A DNA stretch of 64,000 bases from Mobula hypostoma (Eukaryota), in contig NC_086099.1 of assembly GCF_963921235.1 (NCBI RefSeq), positions 122,202,001-122,266,000 on the forward strand. The letters run 5' to 3'. A program made the position numbers and the translations under genes. The notes beneath the pieces were generated by a model, which searched no databases, was not told where the DNA came from, and worked only from the letters and a program-made list of their open reading frames with translations. Shown one piece after another: positions 50,400 through 64,000 of this stretch; position 1 is the first letter of the stretch, and every line of letters begins with the position of its first letter.

Positions 50400-50975
50400 A
50401 AAAAGCAGAAATGGCTGGCTACATCAGAAAGACGTCCAAGGTCAAAGGACGTGTCACAGTTGTGGTCCTTTTTAGGATTTATCAATTACTATAAAAGGTT
50501 CCTGCCAAACTTGGCTACTGTTCGCCATCCCTTGAACTTATCACCACAGATGAGGAAGAAATGGCAATGGACAAAGCAGTGCGAGGTGGCTTTCCAAAAG
50601 GTCAAGGAAGTGGTGACATTTGACATTGTACTCACACATCATGATCCAAATCACCCGGTAAAGCTTTGCATGCACTGTTCGGGATGCCAACACGCCCAAA
50701 CGTAAGATGTCCAAAGTCAGCTCCAGTGCAGTCAGAACCATTTCCTGCAGTCCCACAGTCAACTCCTACAACCACCGCAGAGGAGGTCCCAGAGCCTGAA
50801 TTTGTTTCACAGCCACAGTCTCACCAGGCACGAAGAGTGATTCCCTCTTGTCAAGAAAGACACTATCCCACAAGAGTAAGAGATCCTCCACAACAATTAA
50901 ATCTTTAGGCCTGAATAGGACAATTAAAATTTAATATATAAAAGTTGAGATGCATTCTGTACTGAGTTGAAGTTT
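50400..50975 (+). mobile_element. Internally deleted Gypsy fragment
   Basis: SFLGFINYYKRFLPNLA is a Gypsy RT-connection motif, joined to the element's 3' end. Confidence 0.8.
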
Positions 50976-50979
50976 ATAG

Positions 50980-51108
50980 TGTTATGAACCCACAGGTTTT
51001 GTTTACTGTGGACTGTCGCTTTAAGCGCCTGAGTGAGGTGGGATTATGACATCAGTCACAGGCTGCTGCGAACTTAAACTCATATACAGAGAGCGACCTT
51101 CAGTTGAA

Positions 51109-51150
<42 letters not shown>

Positions 51151-51782
51151 GGGAAGCCGGTAGCTTCAGCTTGTCGGAGCTGGGGCTTGACACACTCTCA
51201 TGCCCACAAGGGTGGGTTAAACATCGGCACGGAGTGCATAATGAATGTGTGACTGTCACTTCATATAATCCATAGGAGTGGATTTTAGGGTATCATGTGG
51301 GACCACTTTTGTAGCCCTTGCCTGGGTATGTTGTGTGGTAACCACTGGAAGACGATATTCCCCTGACAGGTCACTTTCGGTGATAATTTGTATGTGGATT
51401 TGGAACGTCACGACGGACAAGATCTACGGCGACTGTTATCTTGTTTTACCAGCGTGGAATCTGCAGAATACTTTGTACTTACCTTTTCTCTACATTTCAC
51501 CTTGGATTACAAATATCTCTCTCCCATCATTTATTTTGTGGATTACTGAACTTTCCTATTTTACCACCTCAAGACTCTAAGCCTTATTCCCCCAAGCTCA
51601 ATAGTTTGGGAGTTATATTTACACACCTATATACACATAACACTGTTAACTTTTGTTTATCTTGGTTAAGTTACTATATTATAAGTAGATACTAATAAGG
51701 ATAGTGGTTTTAACATGAAAACCAGACTCTGTGTGTAATCTATTGCTGCTGGTTCGTTTCTAGAATGTTACAGTTCGTAACA
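50980..51782. mobile_element. Solo LTR (~803 bp)
   Basis: Termini TGTTATGAAC...GTTCGTAACA (inverted, 9/10). Flanks ATAG/ATAT are a probable 4-bp TSD with one mismatch. Confidence 0.75.
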
Positions 51783-51899
51783 ATATTTTAAGGTAAAATC
51801 GGAACTAAAATTCGTATTCCCAACTCCTTTCAATTAATTCAATGATTTGGTGTTACAAAGCAAACAGTAAGAGTCTTTAATTATAGACACCACCTTCCT

Positions 51900-54150
51900 G
51901 AGGCATTGCCTTTAGAAGATACCCTCAATGGTGGCGAGCTGGAAGCTGCTGGGTCCATGGGGCACAAAGGGGAAGAAGGTGTTGCACTGTCAGTCAAGAA
52001 CTGTGTAACTTCAGTATCAAGGAAGGATATCCTTGCTGGCTCCAGGATATCCTGAAGTGGGACATATGAGTAGAGATTAGAGACCAAAAGGATGCTGCTA
52101 ATTATCTGGGAGTGTATAATAGACCTCCTAACAATCCATGGGAGATGTGGGGTGGGGGGGAATTGGATATATTGGCAGATATTAAAGATGCAACACAAAT
52201 AGAGCTTTTGGACTGTGTGATTTCAATTTCCCAGATATTAACTGGGTCCATCTGTACAGCAAAGGCAGCAGGAAAAAATCTGATAACTGGTGACCATAAG
52301 GCAGTAACTTGGAACTTGGAAACCAGGCAGGAACTTGGAAGCATAAATTGGAAACAGATGTTCTCAGGGAAACATAGGGAAGAAATGTGGCGAATGTTCA
52401 GGGGATTCTTAGAGATAGGATCTCTGGGCATTTAGAGAGTCATGGTCTGATCAGGGACAGTCAGCATGGCTTTGTGAAGGGCAGATTGTGTCTAACAAGC
52501 CTGATAGAGTTCTTTGAGGAGGTGACCAGGCATATAGATGAGGGTAGTGCAGTGGATGTGATCTATATGGATTTTAGTAAGGCATTTGACAAGGATCCAC
52601 ACGGTAGGCTAATTCAGAAAGTTAGAAGGCATGGGATCCAGGGAAGTTTGGGCAGGTGGATTCAGAATTGCCTTGCCTGCAGAAGGCAGAGGGTCGTGGT
52701 GGAGGGAGTACATTCGGATTGGAGGGTTGTGACTAGTGGTGTCCTGCAAGGATCTGTTCTGGGACCTCTACTTTTCGTGATTTTTATTCCAACGACCTGG
52801 ATGTGGGGGTAGAAGGGTGGGTTGGCAAGTTTGCAGACGACACAAAGGTTGCTGGTGTTGTAGATAGTGTAGAGGATTGTCAAAGATTTCAGAGAGACAT
52901 TGATAGGATGCAGAAGTGGGCTGAGAAGTGGCGGACGGAGTTCAACCCAGAGAAGTGTGAGGTGGTACACTTTGGAAGGACAAAGTCCAAGGCACAGTAC
53001 AAAGTAAATGGCAGGATACTTGGTAGTGTGGAGGAGCAGAGAGATCTGGGGGTACATGTCCACAGATCCCTGAAAGTTGCCTCACAGGTGAATAGGGTAG
53101 TTAAGAAAGCTTATGGGGTGTTAGCTTTCATAAGTCGAGGGATAGAGTTTAAGAGTCGCGATGTAATGATGCAGCTCTATAGTGGAGGGATGGGTTAGTA
53201 AATTTGCTGATGACACAAAGGTTGGGGGTGTTGTGGATAGTGTAGTGGGCTGTCAGAGGTTACAGTGGTACATTGATAGGATGCGAGACTGGGCTGAGAA
53301 GTGGCAGATGGAGTTCAACCCAGATAAGTGAGAGGTGGTTCATTTTGGTAGATCAAATATGATGGCAGAATATAGTATTAATGACTCTTGGCAGTGTGGA
53401 GGATCAGAGGGATCTTGGGGTCGAGTTCATAGGACACTCAAAGCTGCTGTGCAGGTTGACTCTGTGGTTAAGAAGGCATAGGGTGCATTGGCCTTCATCA
53501 ATTGTGGGATTGAGTTTAAGAGCCGAGAGGTAATGTTGCAGCTATATAGGACCCTGGTCAGAACCCACTTGGAGTACTGTGCTCAATTCTGGTCACCTCA
53601 CTACAGGAAGGACGTAGAAACCATAGATAGGGTACAGAGGAGATTTACAAGGATGTTGCCTGGATTGGGGAGCATGCCTTATGAGAATAGGTTGAGTGAA
53701 CTCGGCCTTTTCTCCGTGGAGCGATGGAATAACCAATTTCCCCCTGGGATCAATAAAGTATGACTATGACTATGACTAAGATAAGAGGTGACCTGATAGA
53801 GGTGTATAAGATGATGAGAGGCATTGATCGTGTGGACGGTCAGAGGCTTTTTCCCAGGGCTGAAGTGGCTAGCACGAGAGGGCACAGTTCTAAGATGATT
53901 GGAAGTAGGTACAGAGGAGATGTCAGGGGTAAGTTTTTTTACACAGAAAATGGTGAATGTGTGGAATGGGCTGCCAGAGATGGAGGCAGAAATGATAGGA
54001 TCTTTTAAGAGACTCCTGGATAGGTACATGGAGCTCAGAAAAATAGAGGGCTATAGGTAAACCTAGGTAATTTTTGAGGTAAGGACATGTTCAGTATAGC
54101 TTTGTGGGCCAAAGGGCCTGTACTGAGCTGTAGGGTTTCTCTGTTTCTAG
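51900..54150 (+). mobile_element. Composite of CR1 fragments (two overlapping RT segments and a 3' end)
   Basis: The KFADDTKV-coding region occurs twice (~52827 and ~53200). 3' tail at ~54150. Confidence 0.88.
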
Positions 54151-55599
54151 TAGCAGAGTTAGGCCATTCAGTCTATCAAGTCTGCTCTGCCATTCCATCA
54201 TGGCTGATTTATTATCCCACTCAATATCATTCTCCTGCCTTCTCCCTATAACCTTTGATGCTTGTTGTGTAGTTAATTACTCTGAGTAATATTGTAAGTC
54301 TATTGCTTAATGGTGCTTGCTTTGTTTGCATAATTCATTACGGGTTGTATGTAAAAGTACGTAAGTATGTGAATGGCATACGTCATTACACCACCATGTC
54401 ATATGAGTGTACCTCACTAAAGTCAAAACAAATTAGACCGTTTAATCCCTGGATCTGTGTTTTTGCTTTCAATTAGTTTTGTTTTGGAGTTACAAAACTC
54501 AACAACACCCTTACTAATCAAGAATCTATCAACATACATTTTGAAATTTTATTTAGAGATGCACTGTGGAACAGCCCTCCCAGCGCCCCCGCCCCCCCCC
54601 CGAGCCACGCCACCCAGCCTAATTTAACCCTAAACTCATCACAGGACAATGTACAGTGACCAATGACCCTACTAACCCGTACGTCTTTGGAGTCTGTGAG
54701 GAAAGCCACACATACACGAGGAGAGTGTCCATACCTTCTGACAGAGAACATCGAACTCCGACACCTGAGCTGTAATAATGTCGCACTAACTGCACTGCTA
54801 TCCTGGCACCCATATACCCAATGACTCGACACCACTGCCACCTGTAGCAATGAATTCCACAGATTCACCACCCCCGGTTAAAGAAATTCCTCCTCATCTG
54901 TTGTATTCTCAGGCTGAGCCCTCTGGTCCTAGACTCCCCCATTATAGTTAACATCCTCTCCACCTCCACTTTAACCGGGCTTTTCAATATTCAGTCGGTT
55001 TCGACGAGATTCCCCCACCCCATTCTTCTAGCGAGTACGGGTCCAGAGCCATCAAACGCTCCTCATACATTAACCCTTTCATTCTCGGGAACCTCCTCTG
55101 GACCCTCTCCAAGGCCAGAAGAGGCCCAAGACTGCTGAGAATACAGTTCTCCCAATCTGAGCAATGTCTGTGAGTCTAACATTAGAGGGAGTGTGCTGAC
55201 TGGAAGAAATTCGGAGGGATGAGGAGGAATGACAACTCCGAAAGGCCGGGATGAATCAGAGACAGCCAGGATACCTAGAACAGGCAACGCCTCAAACAGG
55301 CAGCATCCATCATTAAGGACTCCATCCTTAATGATGGAGTCCTCCACCCAGGACGTGCCCTCGTCTCATTGCTACCATCGGGGAGGAGGTACAGAAGCCT
55401 GAAGGCACACACTCAATGTTTCAGGAACAGCTTCTTCCCCTCCACTGTCAGATTTCCGACAGGAAAATGAACCCATGAACACCTCAAAACATAAATCTTA
55501 TTGTAATTTATCGATTTATTCCTCTGTATCGCAATGTACTGCTGCCGCAAATGAGCAAATTTCACAGTATCTGCCGGAGGTTTAACACCTGATTCTGCT

Positions 55600-57150
55600 G
55601 CGAAGCACCACTGACAGGGTAGCTTCCGCCTCCCACTCTCGGGGCGGGGCGGGCGGGCCGGCCCGGCCGGCCGGTGCGTCATCTGACCCGCAACCTTTCG
55701 CAATGCTGGGGACCAGACTTTCGGTCTCGACGCAAACACTCCTTCTGTTGACAGTTCTTTTCGTACTCAGAGCACGCACACCGGTCCCGGCACAGCGCGC
55801 AGCCTGGGCTGAGCTCCGTGCACGACGCCCTCCCGGGACAGTACAGTACCGATCTCTCCCGGTTTGGGACGGACCGCTCTCGGGACATCTCCCTGTTCAG
55901 GACAGGCAAGTGCCGGGACATCTCCCGGTGAAGGATACACCGCTCCCGAGATATTTCCCTGTTTGGTGACGGACATCTCCCGGTTTCACTTCGCAGCCGA
56001 CATGGTGGGTACCCGGAATAGGATTAGACATGGGGGGTGGGCTACCGAAAAGGTCCGAAGAGGGTGCTGGTCTGCCTGGGTTCTGATGTCACCTTGATAC
56101 AAAACTTCTCACACTCGGAAGCATTGCTTCCCGGTTCGGGATAGACCCACCCCACCAGTTCGGGTCGTCCGCTATCGGGACCTCCCGGTGCGGGATGGAC
56201 CCCGAAGTTTGGGGCGGTCCTCTCTCGAGACTCTGTCCCTGGACTCTCACCGCTGAGTCTGGGAGACTGAAATTTCCTCATTGACATCAGCTGGTTGTCC
56301 GGGGCCTGAGCTCTGCCCGGGCACGTTCCGTTGAAGACCAGACCGGGGCTGCCTGAACTCAGAGCCCATAATCCAGTGGTCCCGGCAGTCTGTTCAGACC
56401 AGTCCCCACACCTGGGGGTCCCGGGACCCCGTTTCAGTTGTCCCCATACCGAGGGTCCCGGGACCCTATTTCAACTCAGTCCCCACACCTGGGGTCCCGG
56501 GAGTCTGTTCAGCTCGGTCCCCAAACTTAGGGGTCCCGGGACCCTGTTTCAGCTCAGTCCCCACACCTGGGGGTCTCGGGAGTCTGTTCAGCTCAGTCCC
56601 TATAATTGAGGAGTACCTTGTTCCTGTATCGGTGGGTGCCGGGGTCCCTGTTCCTTACGGTGCCCATAGCGAACATGTTGTCCTGAGGACGGGTCAGTAC
56701 TCTCCCTCTGGGAGGCCAAAGGGGATGGGGAGCGGAGGGGTCTCCACCCGCTCTTCCAGTATCTGCTCTCCCATTGCTCCGCTGGTGGGCAGATGTTCGT
56801 AGTCTGTGCCCGAGCCCAGAAGGCCGCTCGGCCCGCTACACTACAGACCACTCCGCACCCCTCCCCCCATGCGGGAACCTGCCCGGGCAGAGCTCTCCGG
56901 TCGTGGGCCGTTCTCGGCGAAGTGACCCAACCTCCCGACACCACCTCACCCCACCCTGTCTGTTACCCCCCGACACGGTCTCTCCCGACGCTCCTCCCTT
57001 CACAGTCCCTGGTCACGTCCTGACTTGTTCTCGACAACAGCAGAGCCCCTACCCGTCCCGGGGAATGGAGTTGGTGTTTTCCCGAAATCACATCGGAGAT
57101 GCTGAGTGCGATGGGAGGTTTGCGAAACAGTGCTGCCACAATAACGCCCC
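55600..57150 (+). promoter_or_regulatory. CpG island; candidate promoter and first exon of a downstream gene
   Basis: High GC and CpG, no TE similarity. GC boxes GGGGCGGGGCGGGCGGG at 55641, CRE/ATF-like GCGTCA at ~55676, and GCCGACATG|GTGGGT at 55996-56010. Confidence 0.6.
56395..56600. repeat. Degenerate ~38-39-bp tandem repeat (CAGTCCCCACACCTGGGGGTCCCGGGACCCTGTTTCAGCT-like)
   Basis: GGGTCCCGGGA and variants recur about five times. Confidence 0.75.
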
Positions 57151-57169
57151 CACCCAAATAATCCCCCAA

Positions 57170-60100
57170 CCTCTTTCTCTCACACTTCCCTTCGCCATCT
57201 CTCTCACACATCCCTCACTTTCTCTTTCTGTCTCTCTCGCATAAATTATCTCACTCGCTCTCTCACACACATATTCTCTTTCTCTCACACACAAACACTC
57301 TCTCAAACACACTCTCCCATACACAAACACTCGCTCTCTCTCACACATTCTCACACACACATTCTCTCTCTCACACACATTCTCTCTCACACACACATTC
57401 TCTCTCTCACACATTCTCTCTCTCACACACACATTCTCTTTCTCTCACACACAAGCACTCTCTCAAACACACTCTCCCATACACAAACACTCGCTCTCTC
57501 TCTCACACACATTCCCTCTCTCACACATTCTCTCTCTCACACACATTCCCTCTCTCANNNNNNNNNNNNNNNNNNNNNNNNNNNNNNNNNNNNNNNNNNN
57601 NNNNNNNNNNNNNNNNNNNNNNNNNNNNNNNNNNNNNNNNNNNNNNNNNNNNNNNNNNNNNNNNNNNNNNNNNNNNNNNNNNNNNNNNNNNNNNNNNNNN
57701 NNNNNNNNNNNNNNNNNNNNNNNNNNNNNNNNNNNNNNNNNNNNNNNNNTTCTCTCACACCAAGCACTCTCTCAAACACACTCTCCCATACACAANNNNN
57801 NNNNNNNNNNNNNNNNNNNNNNNNNNNNNNNNNNNNNNNNNNNNNNNNNNNNNNNNNNNNNNNNNNNNNNNNNNNNNNNNNNNNNNNNNNNNNNNNNNNN
57901 NNNNNNNNNNNNNNNNNNNNNNNNNACACATTTGCTCGCTCACACACATTCTCTCTCTCTCTCATTCTGTCACTCACACACATTCTCTCTCTCACATCCT
58001 CTCTTTCACACACACATTCTCTCTCTCTCACAAACACACACACATGCTGTCTCTCACACATTCCTTCACACACACACATCACCCTTCTCTCAGACACATC
58101 CTCTCTCTCTCACACACACATTCTCTCTCTCACACACATCCTCTCTCTCACACACACATTCTCTCTCTTTCACAAACACACACATATGCTGTCTCTCACA
58201 CATTCCTTCACACACATACATCACCCTCCTCTCAGACACATCCTCTCTCTCACACACATATATTCTCCCTCTCACACTCATTCTCTCTCTCACACACACA
58301 TTCTCTCTCTCTCACACATTCTCTCTCTCACACATTCCTTCACACGCACACAACACCTTCCTCTCAGACACATCCTCTCTCTCTCACACACACATTCTCT
58401 CTCTCACACACATTCTCTCTCTCTCACACACATTCTCTCTCTCACACACATTCTCTCTCTCACACACATTCTCTCTATCTCACAAATTCTCTCTCTCTCA
58501 CACACATTCCCTCTCTCACACATTTGCTCGCTCACACACATTCTCTCTCTCTCTCATTCTCTCACTCACACACATTCTCTCTCTCACATCCTCTCTTTCA
58601 CACACACATTCTCTCTCTCTCACAAACACACACACATGCTGTCTCTCACACATTCCTTCACACACACACATCACCCTTCTCTCAGACACATCCTCTCTCT
58701 CTCACACACACATTCTCTCTCTCACACACATTCTCTCTCTCACACATTCCTTCACACGCACACAACACCTTCCTCTCAGACACATCCTCTCTTTCTCACA
58801 CACACATTCTCTCTCTCACACACATTCTCTCTCTCTCACACACATTCTCTCTCTCACACACATTCTCTCTATCTCACAAATTCTCTCTCTCTCACACACA
58901 TTCTCTCTCTCTCACACATATTCTCTCTCACACACACACTCACATCATCCTCCCCCTCACACATTCTCTATCTCTCACACACACTCTATATCTCACACAC
59001 ACACACTCTCTCTCACACACACAGTCTCTCTCTTACACACGTTCCCTCTCACACATTCTCTCTCACACACATTCCCTCTCACTCATTCTCTCTCTCACAA
59101 TTCTGTCACACACATTCTCTCTCTCTCACACACACACATTCTCTCTCACAGACACATTCTCTCTCTCACACACATTCTCTCTCTCTCACACATTCTCTCT
59201 CTCACACATTCTCTCTCTCACACACATTCTCTCTCTCACACACATTCTCTCTATCTCACAAATTCTCTCTCTCTCACACACATTCTCTCTCTCTCACACA
59301 TATTCTCTCTCTCACACACACTCACATCATCCTCCCCCTCACACATTCTCTATCTCTCACACACACTCTATATCTCACACACACACACTCTCTCTCACAC
59401 ACACAGTCTCTCTCTTACACACGTTCCCTCTCACACATTCTCTCTCACACACATTCCCTCTCACTCATTCTCTCTCTCACAATTCTGTCACACACATTCT
59501 CTCTCTCTCACACACACACATTCTCTCTCACAGACACATTCTCTCTCTCACACACATTCTCTCTCTCTCACACATTCTCTCTCCCACACATTCTCTCTCT
59601 CACACATTCTCTCTCTCACACACATTCTCTCTCACACACATTCTCTCTCTCACACACAAGCACTCTCTCAAACACACTCTCCCATACACAAACACTCGCT
59701 CTCTCTCACACATTCTCACACACACATTCTCTCTGTCACACACTTTCCCTCTCTCACACATTTGCTCTCTCACACACATTCTCTCTCTCTCTCTCATTCT
59801 CTCACTCACACACATTCTCTCTCTCTCAANNNNNNNNNNNNNNNNNNNNNNNNNNNNNNNNNNNNNNNNNNNNNNNNNNNNNNNNNNNNNNNNNNNNNNN
59901 NNNNNNNNNNNNNNNNNNNNNNNNNNNNNNNNNNNNNNNNNNNNNNNNNNNNNNNNNNNNNNNNNNNNNNNNNNNNNNNNNNNNNNNNNNNNNNNACCAA
60001 GCACTCAAACACACTCTCCCATACACAAACACTCGCTCTCTCTCACACATTCTCACACACACATTCTCTCTTTCACATACACTCATTCTCTCTCTCGCAC

Positions 60101-63100
60101 ACACATTCTCTCTCTCACACATTCTCTCTCTCACATGCACATTCTCTCTCTCACACACATCCTCTCTCTCACACACACATTCTCTCTCTCTCACAAACAC
60201 ACACACATGCTGTCTCTCACACATTCCTTCACACACACACATCACCCTCCTCTCAGACACATCCTGTCTCTCTCACACACACATTCTCTCTCTCACACAC
60301 ATTCTCTCTCTCTCACACACATTCTCTCTCACACACACATTCTCTCTCTCACACACATTCTCTCTCTCACACACTTTCTCTCTATCTCACACACATTCTC
60401 TCTCTCACACACATTCTCTCTCACACACACATTCTCTCTCTCACACACATTCTCTCTATCTCACACACATTCTCTCTCTCACACACATTCTCTCTCTCAC
60501 ACACATTTTCTCTCTCTCACATTTGGTCTCTCACACAGTCTCTCTGACACACATTCTCTCTCTCTCACACACACACATTCTCTCTCTCACACACACATTC
60601 CTTCACACACACATCACCCTCCTCTCTCACACACACAGCACCCTCCTCTCAGACACATCCTCTCTCTCTCTCACACACACATTCTCTCTCCCTTACACAC
60701 ATTCTCTCTGNNNNNNNNNNNNNNNNNNNNNNNNNNNNNNNNNNNNNNNNNNNNNNNNNNNNNNNNNNNNNNNNNNNNNNNNNNNNNNNNNNNNNNNNNN
60801 NNNNNNNNNNNNNNNNNNNNNNNNNNNNNNNNNNNNNNNNNNNNNCTCACACATTCTCTATCTCTCACACACACTCTCTTTCTCTCACACACAAGCTCTC
60901 TCTCAAACACACTCGCCCATACACATTCGCTCTCTCTCACACATTCTCACACACACATTCTCTCTCTCTCTCACACACACATTCTCTCTCTCACACACAT
61001 TCCCTCTCTCACACATTTGCTCACTCACACACATTCTCTCTCTCTCTCATTCTCTCACTCACACACATTCTCTCTCTCACACATTCTCTCTCACACACAC
61101 ACATTCTCTCTCTCTCACAAACACACACACATGCTCTCTCTCACACATTCCTTCACTCACACACATCACCCTCCTCTCAGACACATCCTCTCTCTCACAC
61201 ACACATATTCTCCCTCTCACACTCATTTTCTCTCTCACACATTCTCTCTCTCTCTCACACACATTCTCTCTCTCACACATTCCTTCACACGCTCACAACA
61301 CCCTCCTCTCACACACACACATCACCCTCCCCTCAGACACATCCTCTCTCTCTCACACACACATATTCTCCCTCTCACACACANNNNNNNNNNNNNNNNN
61401 NNNNNNNNNNNNNNNNNNNNNNNNNNNNNNNNNNNNNNNNNNNNNNNNNNNNNNNNNNNNNNNNNNNNNNNNNNNNNNNNNNNNNNNNNNNNNNNNNNNN
61501 NNNNNNNNNNNNNNNNNNNNNNNNNNNNNNNNNNNNNNNNNNNNNNNNNNNNNNNNNNNNNNNNNNNNNNNNNNNNNNNNNNNNNNNNNNNNNNNNNNNN
61601 NNNNNNNNNNNNNNNNNNNNNNNNNNNNNNNNNNNNNNNNNNNNNNNNNNNNNNNNNNNNNNNNNNNNNNNNNNNNNNNNNNNNNNNNNNNNNNNNNNNN
61701 NNNNNNNNNNNNNNNNNNNNNNNNNNNNNNNNNNNNNNNNNNNNNNNNNNNNNNNNNNNNNNNNNNNNNNNNNNNNNNNNNNNNNNNNTCACACATTCTC
61801 TCTCTCTCACACACAGTCTCTCTCACACAGTCTTTCTCTCACACACGCATATTCTCTCTCACACACTGTCTCTCTTACACACACATACATTCTCCCTCAC
61901 GCACAATCTCTCTTACACACACACGCATTCTCTCTCTCACACACACATTCTCTCTCTCTAACACATTCTCATTCACACACACACATTCTCTCTCTCACAA
62001 TTCTGTCGCACACATTCTCTCTCTCTCACACACACACATTCTCTCTCACAGACACATTCTCTCTCTCACACACATTCTGTCTCACACACATTCTCTCTCA
62101 CACATTCTCTCTCTCAGACATTCTCTCTCTCACACTCATTCTCTCTCACACACATCTCCCTCCCCTCACACACATTCTCTATCATACGCATTCTCTCTCT
62201 CACACATTCTCCCTCTCACACACATTTTCTCTCTCTCACATTTGCTCTCTCATACATTCTCTCTCTCTCAAGCATTCTCTCTCACATTTGCTCTCTCACA
62301 CACATTCCCTCTCACTCATTCTCTCNNNNNNNNNNNNNNNNNNNNNNNNNNNNNNNNNNNNNNNNNNNNNNNNNNNNNNNNNNNNNNNNNNNNNNNNNNN
62401 NNNNNNNNNNNNNNNNNNNNNNNNNNNNNNNNNNNNNNNNNNNNNNNNNNNNNNNCATTCACACACACACATTCTCTCTCTCACAATTCTGTCGCACACA
62501 TTCTCTCTCTCTCACACACACACATTCTCTCTCACAGACACATTCTCTCTCTCACACACATTCTGTCTCACACACATTCTCTCTCACACATTCTCTCTCT
62601 CAGATATTCTCTCTCTCACACTCATTCTCTCTCACACACACACACATCACCCTCCCCTCACACACATTCTCTATCACACGCATTCTCTCTCTCACACATT
62701 CTCCCTCTCGCATACATTCTCTCTCTCACATTTTCTCTCTCACACACGTTCTCTGTCTCTCACATTCTCTCTCACATTTGCTCTCTCACACACTCTCTCT
62801 AACACATCCTTTCTCTCACACATTCTCTCTCTCACACACACACACATTCTCTCTCACACATTCCTTCACACACACACATCACCCTCCTCTCAGACACATT
62901 CTCTCTCTGTCACACACACATTCTCTCTCTCACACACACATTCCTTCACACGCACACATCACCCTCCTCTCAGACACATCCTCTCTCTCACACACACATT
63001 CTCCCTCTCACACACACATCACCCTCCCCTCTCACACATTCTCTATCTCTCACACACACACTCTCTCTCACACACAGTCTCTCTCTCACACACAGTCTCT

Positions 63101-64000
63101 CTCTCACACANNNNNNNNNNNNNNNNNNNNNNNNNNNNNNNNNNNNNNNNNNNNNNNNNNNNNNNNNNNNNNNNNNNNNNNNNNNNNNNNNNNNNNNNNN
63201 NNNNNNNNNNNNNNNNNNNNNNNNNNNNNNNNNNNNNNNNNNNNNNNNNNNNNNNNNNNNNNNNNNNNNNNNNNNNNNNNNNNNNNNNNNNNNNNNNNNN
63301 NNNNNNNNNNNNNNNNNNNNNNNNNNNNNNNNNNNNNNNNNNNACACGCATTCTCTCTCACACACATATTCTCTCTCACACACAGTCTCTCTTACACACA
63401 CACATATTCTCTCTCACGCACAGTCTCTCTTACACACACACATATTCTCTCTCTCACACACACACATTCTTTCTCTCACACACACACATTCTCTCTCTCT
63501 AACACATTCTCTCTCTCTCACACACATTCTCTCTCTCTCACACTTATTCTCTCTCTCTCACACACACACATGACCCTCCCCCTCACACATTCTCTATCTC
63601 TCACACACAGTCTCTCTCTTACACACATACTCTATCTGACACAATTCTCTCTCTTACACACATTCTCTCTCACACACACATTCTCTCACACACACATTCT
63701 CTCTCTCTCACACACATACTCTCTCTCACATATTTTCTCACACTTTCTCTCTCTCACACTCATTCTCTCTCACACGCACACACATCACCCTCCCCTCTCA
63801 CACATTCTCTATCACATGCATTCTCTCTCACACACATTCTCTCCCTCACACACACACTCTCTCTAACACATCCTTTCTCTCACACATTTTCTCTCTCTCT
63901 CACACACACACATTCTCTCTCACACATGCACATTCTCTTCTCTATCACATTCTCTCTTTCACAAACACATTCTGTCTCACACACAGTCTCACTCTCACAC
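57170..64000. repeat. (CA)n/(CT)n compound low-complexity satellite with multiple N gaps
   Basis: Core CACACACATTCTCTCTCT with higher-order duplications. The His/Ser/Leu/Thr ORFs here are artefacts. Confidence 0.95.

Noticed and set aside
57932-63866. Very long His/Ser/Leu/Thr ORFs (871-1538 aa)
   Set aside because: They are low-complexity CA/CT satellite read through N gaps.

Overview
Eukaryotic, repeat-rich vertebrate DNA. The repeat complement (CR1 LINEs, V-SINE/HE1-like SINEs, Penelope fragments, Rex1-like ends) points to a cartilaginous fish; this is an inference. One complete host gene is recognisable: srsf3 (SRp20) on the + strand. It has a CpG-island promoter (~9200-9480), a non-coding exon 1 ending at 9534, and five coding exons (11288-11493, 13762-13896, 18169-18210, 19011-19097, 19884-19911) that join into a 498-nt CDS (165 aa, RRM + RS domain). 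The gene also carries its conserved NMD-inducing 'poison' cassette exon (15728-16188) and a ~1.1-kb 3' UTR. The rest is mostly TE debris: Gypsy LTR elements, CR1 (including one young copy with an open ORF2), Penelope fragments with hammerhead-ribozyme motifs, a MITE, and Tc1 and hAT fragments. There are also 28-, 37- and 58-bp tandem arrays, a second CpG island (~55600-57150; probable 5' end of the next gene) and a gapped CA/CT satellite at the end. The most notable observations are an apparently shifted stop codon in the poison exon, extra candidate poison-like cassettes in TE-free introns, a 4 x ~51-bp CCAAT/GC-box promoter array and the hammerhead motifs. I cannot demonstrate a wholly new system from sequence alone. 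Comparisons with human SRSF3 are from memory and need an alignment; TE boundaries are approximate.
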